A stretch of 64,000 nucleotides of DNA from positions 2,418,001-2,482,000 of the forward strand of contig NW_027271504.1 of assembly GCF_040938485.1 (NCBI RefSeq), in the 5' to 3' direction. This DNA is from Diadema antillarum (lineage: Eukaryota). How positions within the stretch are numbered: position 1 is the stretch's first letter; each line of letters starts with the position of its first letter. The notes under the pieces were generated by a model. The model did not search any database. It was given only the letters and a program-made list of their open reading frames with translations, and was not told the DNA's origin. This document shows, piece after piece, positions 49,396 to 59,400 of the stretch. The position numbers were made by a program, and so were the translations under genes.

Positions 49396-52268
49396 TCAGT
49401 CTACTTTGGACATGTACTCCACAACATTTGCTATACGCTGCAGTATGTCATTTTGTGATTCCGTGGCTCGCTGCTCTGTGAAAGAGCTTGTCGGCCATGG
49501 ACACGTTATCCTGCTGGTGGAGCTCAAGTAGACGCCAGGGCCCTTGTGGCCCTCCCGCGGCTCGATCGTCCAAGTCACCTGACCAATCACGGTGCCATAC
49601 CAAATGGAGTAGCTGAAGGTCAAGACCTCGTCAGGTCTGCATGTGAAAAGTAAAAAAGGAAAGAAAAATGTCTAGGAGCTATTGAAGCATTTTTCACTGA
49701 TAAAAAGTCTTTCCTAAGGAGCTGGAAACAATGTACATTCATAATCAGCACTGCACTGCAATGGTCGGGCAGTCCCTGACCAGTAAAAATCACTGTCGGA
49801 CCAGTAACTTTTTCAAAAATGGACCAGCAAAAAATTTGAACTGGGTACACGGTCCAAAAGACAGATAGGACCACTAAAAAAATGGGTTACTGTGCAGCCC
49901 TGCTTTTGGGAATAGGTTTATCCTTGCATCAAGAAAACAAAGTTTTAACCTGGCCAGACAAAACAAAAGCAAAACAAAACAAAACAAAAAACAGCAAAAA
50001 TGGAAACAGCTTTCATCTTCCCTCCCCAATGCCATACTGCTAGAATAGGGCTGATAATGGTATGATAGCTTCTAACTACACAGGTACAATTTGTAGCGCA
50101 CCACTCACTTCGTGAATTCCATCTTGACTTCAAAAAGAAGAGGAAAAGTCCAGTTCCACATCACTGGAATATGCTCCTCAATATTGTGAAATTCTGTCAC
50201 CACTCCCTCTGGCGATGTCTCTTTCCTCACAAGCTTTGTCGAGACACTGCAGAAAGAGATGATCAAGAGGTCAAAGTAAATGTATTGGTAGTTTTTTTTT
50301 TCCTTTTTCAAGGCCAACAGTATCCATCTTATCCATCTTTGTTACAGCTAGTGCAGTATTCTGTTAAAGGACAAGTCCACCTTCATATACATTTAAGGAT
50401 TGAGAGAATGCAGCAATATTAGAACACATCAGTGAAAGTTTGAGGAAAATCCGTTCAAAAGTTACGAATATTTTAAGTATCTGCGCAGTCACTGCTGGAA
50501 GAGAAGAATACTACAGTGTATGATGTCACATGCGTACAACTATACACGGAAAATAAAAAGAGAATTTCACAAAACTTTACTTTTTGAAAAAAGTGCACAT
50601 TTCTTCGACTTGCTACTGATATATGTTAAGGGTAATATTATTGCCCCTGCCTTCTGAAAGAGAGAAGTCAAGTGTTCTTGAAAAATGGAAATATGTTGAA
50701 TTTTCTTTATTCTTTCTTTATATCGTTGTACTCATGTGACATCACAAGCTATGGTAGTCTTTTCATCCAGCCGTGACTGAGCAGAAACTTCAAAAATTCA
50801 TAACTTTTTAACTGATTGTCCGATTTTGCTCAAACTCTCACTGATGTGTGCTACTAATATTGCTGCATTCACTCAACCCACATGTCTATGAAGGTGAACT
50901 TGTCCTTTAAACTTTCCCTCCCGAAGACTTAATCAGTTTTATGGTTGAAAGATAACATACATATATCAAATCTGAATGTGGAAGACAATGAAGCATGAAA
51001 GTCATTGCTGATACATTTCTGACAATAAGCTGCCAATAGTTTCAATGGTTAATCACCAGAATACAATAACATTTAAGATCCTCTTTCATCATGACCATTT
51101 GGCAGAAAACATGTTCATACACCGCACTCAGTCGACAGCATGCCAGCTAGTTTGCGTACTTTGCTCAAACACAACCCCGCCGAACCCCTTTGTACAGTTC
51201 ACATTCGGGCCGGTCGCAGTTAAACCCACCCAAGGCGATAGATAGATGGCTAAATGCCACATTCCAATGAAAGCTTCACTCGCCATCCCATTCCTCTCAC
51301 ATGTATCTTGCAGCGCGTGGTAATTGAAAATCAAGCGATGTTCCCGAAGTAGCATTTCAAGTTACTTCTAAAAGTCTCTGTCACTGTTTATGTATGCAAA
51401 AGTCATGCCTAGACAAATAGTTATTGGCCATATGAATGATAAATATTTTAAATATTTTGCAAAAGGCATTCCCCCTTTACGGAATTCCAGGATCCGCCCC
51501 TATATTGTGTGTGTGTGCGTGTGTGTGTGTTAGTTTGTGTTGTAGGCTACTGTTGACAAATCAAATCAAAACACACAAATAGAGAGACAAAAACAGAAAA
51601 ACAATTAACTTTCTCTCCACATAGAAACATAACCAAATTTTAGAGATCGGTGAGCTTTGCAATAGCACACCATTAATTGGGCCCTACTGGCTCAAACATG
51701 CTGTTGGCCCTTGGGATCAAAGAATTTAACTCAGTCAAATTGAATAAGTTAAGATTGATTTTAAATTATTGTATGTCACTGGTTCCTTTTTTCAGTTTTA
51801 TCCTCTTCAAATTATCATCAAAATTGACAGACAAAAAAATCCTTTGTCTTTTAACTTCAAACTGTACCTGCACATACGATGGTCTCCAAAATTTTGATTC
51901 TTACATGAAAGTTAAAAAAAGCCTCCATAACTTTAAGTTGAAGTTAAAATTCAAGTTCAACTTAAATTCTTCGTGAAGCAACCCCTGGAGTTACAAAGCT
52001 AGGGCCATGCCAGCAATACCCAGCACGTACCTTCACCCATGATTCTGGTGGGGTTATGGTCAATCAGGGTGGTTTATACCTGTACCACCGTGGTGGATAC
52101 TCACGCAAAGGGATGAAATCTTTGGATTGTGTCCATGCTTGAGATCGACTCGTAGACCTTTTTCGGCTCCTGGTATATGAAAATTCCAGCCTTGATTTCG
52201 AAGGTCGACTTCAGGAGCATGAAGTAGACAAAAACGGCCAGAATTGCTACAAACACGAAGTTGTTCAT
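49396..52268 (-). CDS. Uncharacterised SRPBCC (START/Bet v1/polyketide cyclase-like) protein with N-terminal hydrophobic signal/anchor, 180 aa, 3 exons
   Basis: Exons 52268-52105, 50246-50109, 49636-49396 (543 nt, two phase-2 GT-AG introns). The protein starts MNNFVFVAILAVFVYFMLL (hydrophobic), followed by EIKAGIFIYQEPKKVYESISSMDTIQRFHPFAVST, ...WTIEPREGHKGPGVYL... and a C-terminal amphipathic helix. This pattern is typical of the SRPBCC fold. The gene structure is solid; the fold call is by eye. Confidence 0.8.
49746..49902. mobile_element. Possible hAT-like MITE
   Basis: CAGCACTGCAC ... GTGCAGCCCTG imperfect termini and repeated GGACCAG motifs. No TSD found. Confidence 0.35.
50368..50906. 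mobile_element. Kolobok-like non-autonomous element, 539 bp
   Basis: TTAA|AGGACAAGTCCACCTTCATA ... TATGAAGGTGAACTTGTCCT|TTAA. A TTAA TSD with purine-purine termini is characteristic of Kolobok. Confidence 0.8.
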
Positions 52269-52590
52269 CTTGTTAGACAGATCAGCGGTCAAAACTACCA
52301 CCACGCATACTATCGGTCATCTCCCGTGGCGGCCGTGGGAAGCGGTCAAGCGTATTAGATCTTTCTCCAAAGCAAGTCGCGCTCCGCTGCGTTCTACAAT
52401 CTCACGTGCGGGGCTCAATTGTGTGTGGCGCCGTTCCGTTGGTAAAACCATTCGTCAACACTCCGGAATCCCACAGAAGTTAATCATTAATGGAGCGATA
52501 TTAGCTTTGGTTTTACTGCCGAAAAGAAGCCTCAGCTGTGAGAGTGGTTCAGAGGCTAACTAAAGCACATGCACCGAAAGCCCGGTCAAA
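52269..52590 (-). promoter_or_regulatory. CpG-rich promoter/5'UTR of SRPBCC gene
   Basis: CpG-rich island directly upstream of the ATG at 52268, supporting an expressed gene. Confidence 0.5.
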
Positions 52591-52911
52591 CAACAATGTG
52601 AATTTTATAATTGAGACCTAAAAGAAAGAAACAAACCGACAAATTAATCAATAGTCTGCAAAATACATGTACAACCTCTGCTTTTCACGAGCCTCCTCCA
52701 TTTCCGGCAATTTCGATTTATACGTATTTTCATCAAAGCTACACTGATTATACATTGTTCTTCAGTTCATTGTAGTTTCTCTCTTTTGGCCTATCAACTA
52801 TGTTGTACTTATTTTGTGTAATAATGTAAATTCTAGTTTGTTATTGTCATCATATTTTTGTTTGTTGGAAATGTCTTTGTTGGAAATGAAGTAAATGAAA
52901 TTAAATATGTG

Positions 52912-52948
52912 TATATATATATACACACATATATATATATGTACATGA

Positions 52949-52985
<37 letters not shown>
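52912..52985. repeat. Interrupted (TA)n microsatellite
   Basis: TA runs with short CA/GT interruptions. Confidence 0.9.
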
Positions 52986-52990
<5 letters not shown>

Positions 52991-53358
52991 AGTGTCTGTA
53001 GAATGAGGACTGTACGGTACCATCAATACAATTTAGGAGAGATTGTCAGTGATGAAAAGGAAATGGTTGTATATATTCAATGTGCATAGAAAACGGGTCA
53101 TGGGGGAATGTGTACATCTGTTTTTCCTCAAAAAAAAAAAAGTTGTATGTTCTCATTAACATACAGAATTTAGTGGTATAAGATGCATTTTGTGCTCTTG
53201 TCAATTTAATGCTTCATTGAGGCCATACCCTAATTAACACATTACTTTTTCACAAAGGGCAGTATTTGCATTTTCTTTGCATATTATTATGGTTTTAATT
53301 CATAATCCCCCCAAACTATCATTTATTCTGCATTTACCCCTATGGCTGGAAATGGCAT

Positions 53359-53390
<32 letters not shown>

Positions 53391-53514
53391 CGTATTTATA
53401 CATACATACAGTTGATACACCGGTATGTACACTCATACATATATAAATTATAACGACACATTCAATACTGTAATTCTGTGTTACTCTGCATGTCTTTGCA
53501 ATATCAGCAACAAG

Positions 53515-54071
53515 TAAGGGCAAGTTCATCTCCATAGAAATGGGAAGTGAGTGAATGCAGCAATTTCAGTGGAACACATCTGAAATCTTGAGAAAAATCA
53601 GACAATCTGTTCAAAAGTTATGAATTTTTAAAGTTTTTGTGCATTCACTGCCGGATGAGAAGACTACTACAGTTTTTGATGCCACATGCGTAGAATGATA
53701 TAAGAAAAATATTAAGAGAATTTCACAAAATTATTATTCGAAAGTAGTACACACTCTCTTGGCTTCTCATTGACGCATGTTAAAAGGCGATATTATTCCC
53801 GCTGCCTTCTGGAAAAGGAAAATTAAGTGATGCTTTGTTAAGCGAGAAAAGTGAAAATATGTAGAATTTTCTTCATATTTTCTTATCTGTTCTATACATG
53901 TGACATCACAAGTTGTAGTACCGGTAGTCCAGCAATGGCGATACTGAAACTTCAAAAATTCATAAATTTCGAACGGGTTGTCCAATTTTCCTCAAACTTT
54001 CACTATTAAATGTATTCTTAATATCACTGCATATTCTTAATTCACATGTATATGAAGGTGAACACTCTTTA
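53515..54071. mobile_element. Kolobok-like element, diverged second copy
   Basis: Collinear with 50368-50906 (AATGCAGCAAT..., TTCAAAAGTTA, GATGAGAAGACTACTACAG, GTGACATCACAAG, GAAACTTCAAAAATTCATAA, TATGAAGGTGAAC). Confidence 0.7.
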
Positions 54072-54107
54072 TATTTCTGTGATTTTGTACACTGATATAA
54101 TCAGACG

Positions 54108-54308
54108 CATCTGGGCAATTACCCCCGGAGGGCAATTACCCCCCGGCTAAATACTGGTTAGTGGTAAGCTTAGAGTAAAAATTAGGCTTAGGGTTAGGGT
54201 TAGGGTTAGGAGTTTGAGTTAGGGATAGGATTAGGTTCCGGATTAGGATGAGGATTAGGGCCAGGGGAAGGGTGAAGGGTAATTGCCCAGGGGGTAATTG
54301 CCCTAGAC
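54108..54308. mobile_element. TIR element with internal telomere-like (TTAGGG)n core
   Basis: Doubled GGGCAATTACCCC at the left is mirrored by doubled GGGTAATTGCCC at the right. There are three perfect TTAGGG units at 54188-54205 plus degenerate copies. Confidence 0.7.
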
Positions 54309-54331
54309 CCCTTTTTATTGATTGTTTTCTT

Positions 54332-54467
54332 TTCGCCGACTTTAAGCATTAAGCCTAGTGATGGCACGATCCCGAGAAATGCTGCACCCGAGAAAAGCCC
54401 TTTTTTCTCAGGTGCAGCATTTCTCAGGATTGCGCCAGCACTCGGCTTAACACTTATAGTCGGCGAA
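54332..54467. repeat. ~135 bp near-perfect palindrome
   Basis: TTCGCCGACT..AAG..TTAAGCC.AGTG.TGGC.C.ATCC.GAGAAATGCTGCACC.GAGAAAA is mirrored across a very short loop. Confidence 0.8.
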
Positions 54468-54680
54468 CAAACAAAACAAAACAAAAGAAAAAAAAGTAAA
54501 AACTGATAAAAAGGGTCCAGAGCTAGACTAGCAATGGGTGAGTATTTTAATAAAGACTAAACTCTTCTACTCCTCCCACTACTACTCTGTATCTACATAA
54601 AGTAAAAGATACCTGCAGAACATCTCTCAAGTAGATATTCACTAAATGTGACTGTATGATTAATTGATTGGGTAAATGTA

Positions 54681-54908
54681 TACTGACAATGTTCAAAAAG
54701 ATGGCTTGAAATTGATGAAAACTTAACCACCTAACCGCTTACATACTTGCCTACATACATACAAACATACTCATCATACATTCATTCATAATATACTAAC
54801 AATGTTCAAAAAGATGACTTGAAATTGATCAGAAATTAACAACCACCTACCCACTTACACACTTGTCTACATACATACAAGCATACTCATCATACATTCA
54901 CTCATACA
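54681..54908. repeat. Tandem duplication, two ~115 bp units
   Basis: ACT(G/A)ACAATGTTCAAAAAGATG(G/A)CTTGAAATTGAT...CATACTCATCATACATTCA occurs twice. Confidence 0.85.
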
Positions 54909-56483
54909 GGCAAAGATTATTAAGTGGATAAACAAATAAAACCCACCAAGACATAACAAAATTATATTCCAACTTGCCAAAACAATTAATTAGGCATGAC
55001 AGAGTCTCACATACCCATTAATATTACCCATACCCATTAATATTAGCTGTCCAACAAAGAATTTTAGTTGCCCCATGCATACAGGTAAGTAGCAACCTGC
55101 TTACACTGTGTACATCAAATGGTATCATTCATATCACACTCTCAACAGGAAAATACAATGAACACAAGTATAAAGTGTGCTTAAAAATATGTATCGCAAG
55201 TTTATTAACTAAATCAATGCTTGAACTTTTCCAACTAAAAGTTGCCACAAGGCAATTTAGTGTACTATGTTTGTATCTGTTCAATATATAGGAATCACTG
55301 CTAGGTATGTTTGCATCGAGTAAAATCTAATTTCTGCACAAGATTGGGAGAATGCTAAAAACTATGTATTCATCAATAGGTAGACAAGCAGGGAATATCA
55401 ACATCTTAAGTTATCATCTCAGGTAAGTATTCAAATGTTTTCAACAATTTTCACCAAAACATTTGAGTAATGAAGGTGGGAAATGTATACCTGAAGCACA
55501 ACAGTTGACAAGTTCACTTAGAAAGAAAAAAAATCCACTTTACCGACTGTTGAAAAATGAACCAAAAAAATCAATCTGTATGTGGATAAGTGGAGATATG
55601 GTAATACACCTGTTCATTGTGACTTTCCCATCTGATTGCAATGGTTGCAATCAAAAAGCATAATTTCACAGGAAAATTGATGAGATGTTATAATAAGCGA
55701 GTCCATTTTACTTATCAAATGAATTACAATTTTCTTCTTGTATTTCATTAATCCAATTTCTAGTTTTCAAAAACTGCTTGTATTACAAATAAAAATAAAA
55801 GCATTGCTTGACAAACGGTACAATGTTTCTCTTGAAATGTTTAGCAGCAGAAGAAGGTAGCTTTAAGAACAAGGTTTTGGTAAAATGTTCCATGACTGAG
55901 TGTAATCCTCAGAGGATGACTTCAAACAGCCAGAGTGGGGCAGGAGATGTTATCCTAATGAGGCGTCTGAACTAGCAGTTTTACAAAAATGCCAAATTTT
56001 TACGCCTCCTCCGTCTTAACTGCAAGGCAACTAATGACAAACGATCCAATCACCAACAATGTCAGTACTGCTCATGAGTATCATACGCTGCTCTCCTGAA
56101 ACAGCTTTGAAGTTGTTAACAAAATTCTTTGTCTTGGAGGTACATTTATATATCTGGTGGTTAAAGAGCTGCACTATCTACATTCTTCCCCTCATTCTTC
56201 CCCATGTTTGGAAAATGTCTTCCACACTTTGGGCACTGCATATGTGTTCGTGCCTAACGAGACAATGTATGAGAAATACTGTTGTTCCAGAAGAGCAAGT
56301 GCAAATATGTCAGTTAAGGTACCGTACATCCCCAAACATGTGACACATCAACATGTGACACATCAACAGCAACACTTTCAACTTGAAGTCCTGTCGTAGA
56401 CCTTGTTGCACAAGGCTTCCCCCTGTGAATCAAGCATTTCTGGAATGTTCGACATCTCGACCAATTTTGTCCCACACTTCAGG

Positions 56484-59400
56484 TCATGTTCCCGCAAGGC
56501 TCTCCACGTCCCAGGCCTCCTCGAACCCCGAGCAAACTTTGGCACATGTAAGGGCAGCAGACAGGGGGTACTGGCTCACTGCAACTTCTCCTTCTGTGTA
56601 GTCCACACTGACCTGCAGGAAGTAGAACAATACGCAACCCATGAACACATCTGTGGCTTGTTTCAATCTTCATATATTAACATTACGCTATAAGTGGAGA
56701 ATTGTAGTAATTTGGGGAATACAGTTAATCAAAAGGGGTATGAATGTTCATAAAAGAAACAGTGAACTGCAAAGGGAATTTCAGAGCACTCGACCAACAA
56801 TTTGGAAATTACATTCACACTGTCATTGCATATTACAAAGCTCATTAATACTCATCAATTTTTGTTCAACAAAATTCATACAAGATTCTTTGATCATTAG
56901 TGTTAAAATCTACACATGGAAATCACTTCATATGCTGGTGTCCAACTAGACAGGAAAGGAATCTAATACAAGGTGTTTAGAAAGTAATATACAAATTCAA
57001 TAGCTAGGAAAAGCAATCAACACAAAGCATACTCCGAGTGCAACACAAATTCAGTAGACAGGACAAGCAAATGACATAAAGAGTTATAAAAAATGAAATC
57101 CAATTCCAAGAGCACAGACCTTCCCATGGGCCATTGCGCCGATCACTATGACGATGGGGTCCTCCTCCTCTGTGGCCAGCTCTCTGGGATGAAGACACTT
57201 GTCGGCACTGAAGGAGGTGAGGAGCTTGCGGCAGCCAACTGGGAGGTGATCGCTGATTGGGTTCTTGATGACCTTGAGGAGTTTCTGGGGTCCATCGGCT
57301 GCATGGATGCTCAGCTTGTGAAGGAGTTGCACTGCATAAAATGGGGGTGGGAGTGACGAATGAGTCAATACAGAACTCCTACCTGATTTCAAGTTTTCAT
57401 GTTTTATTTGTATAATTCAGCCGAATATCACAAAGACAGAGATCTCTTTTACTGAAATAGGTAACAAATATACCTTTTTAGTCACACTTTCTAGAATTTG
57501 TGCCTTAGGAAGACAGTTGACTTAATTTATAAATCTCTTGATAGCAAACATAATGTTATCTTATACAAAAGTTCATAAGCTTCATTGAATTCTAGAGTTT
57601 TCGAACCATGATATAACAAATTCCAATATGATAAAGTGATGTATATTTTAAACCGTGATCATACTATAATTCGAGCAACGTTTGTCTGTCTGTCTGTCTG
57701 TCTGTTTGTTCCTCTACTCCTCCCAGGTCCTTGGTCTGATCTCCATCAAACTTAGTGGGTGGATGCAGGTTCACCGCGAAATTGCCCTTGAGGGGTTCAT
57801 TTTTGGAAAGGTCAAGGTCACTGGTGTCAAAGGTCAAATAACTGTTTTTTGCTACTCCTTGGGATTCCCCCAGAAATATCCTCAATGGGGATTTCCCAGG
57901 TGTAGGCCTACTTATGCTTCCAGCAAGTTTGGCCAAGATCGGACCAATGAGTAGCGCAAAACAGTTATTTGACCTCCGTTGACCCAGTGACCTTGACCAT
58001 TTCTGGGGGAATCCCCACAGAGGATTTCTGGGCACTGGCTGAAGCCAAACAAGCATGATACATGTACTCCACGGGTACATTGACTAGTATAAACAAATTC
58101 CAATATGATAAAGTGATATATTTTGTAAACTATGATATGACAAAATTCTCATATGAAAAATGTGTCATAAGGAGAGTCCACTGTATAATAAAATGCTTCC
58201 TAAGCAAAATACATAGGCTCAAGGTGCTTTCAGGCTTAGATAACTTTTAGGGATGTATTAAACTAAGAGTAGATTTTACCCACCCATAAGGCCACAAAAA
58301 CGGTCAAACGTCCGTGGAATCCTGGTCTGGGGGCTGATCTGGATGAGGACGTTGCGCTGGGTGTGGACAAAGACCTGGAGTAGCCCCGCCCTGTTTAGGG
58401 GGCTGTCAAACAACATCAGCAGGCACTGGAGAAGAGACAAGACTACTTCTTGATGACAGTGGCAGAACTTGTGGGCAGATCCTTCTTAATGATTTACAGT
58501 CCATATGTTATCATACCACCAGTAAACTGTCTGCAAGATTTAGTGTAGGATTGATGTGTGTGTATGTGGGGGGGGGGGGGGAGGTAGAGGAGGATCTAAA
58601 TACATTTCTACTTTAAACTACAATTATCGAAATTCCATTGAATTGATGATGTGTTTGGTTTTTCTTTGGATGTTTTGTCTAACCTCTGAAACAGTGTTCT
58701 CCTTTCTAATGCCCTAAAATTTTAAAGTCATTATTATCAAGGTTGATTTGGCCAATTCTATACCAAATTGCAACATGGTTTGGGAAAGAGACATTATATC
58801 CTTTTCTAGAGTCCCTTTTTTTTTCCTGTTCTGTACTACTCCTGAGGGAAAATCTAGCATTTTTTTTTTTTGAAGCTTTTCTTCAAGTATTTTTTATCAA
58901 GTATCTGAATGACACTTTAAGGATAAGGAAATCTATCTTCCAGAGGAATGAAACATCAAATTCAAAGTTATGCAATTGTGAAGTATCATTAATTTTCATA
59001 AAAGTATATGCAAATAACATAAAATCTTGATATTTTCAGCTATACAGTGAAACCCCGTTATAACGAGGTCCGTGGGACCGGCGATATTACCTCGTTATAA
59101 CCGGTACCTCGTTATAACCGTACGCATCAAAAACAAAGAAAAACATAAGCACGAAATCATACCCGTCAATCAAATTTATAAGAACCTCCTTTGCATTGTT
59201 ATTACACAATTATGAATCGTTATTATTGAGACAATAAAGGGAAATTATTTGTGAATTGATTCATAAAAAAGACGGAAAAGTGGGGGTGAAATGCGTTAAT
59301 TGTTTATTTTTCTTCCAAAACTCTCTTCTCATTATAGTTCACATATTATGTTCTTGAGAAGAAGGCCTACTCGGCAAGATCATATCATTCGGGATTCTTT

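Noticed and set aside
51121-51360. GC-richer island in SRPBCC intron 1 (ORF 51128-51355) as an ncRNA or extra exon
   Set aside because: No recognisable snoRNA, snRNA or tRNA boxes, and exons 1 and 2 already join in frame. A similar unexplained patch at ~760-925 was also left uncalled.
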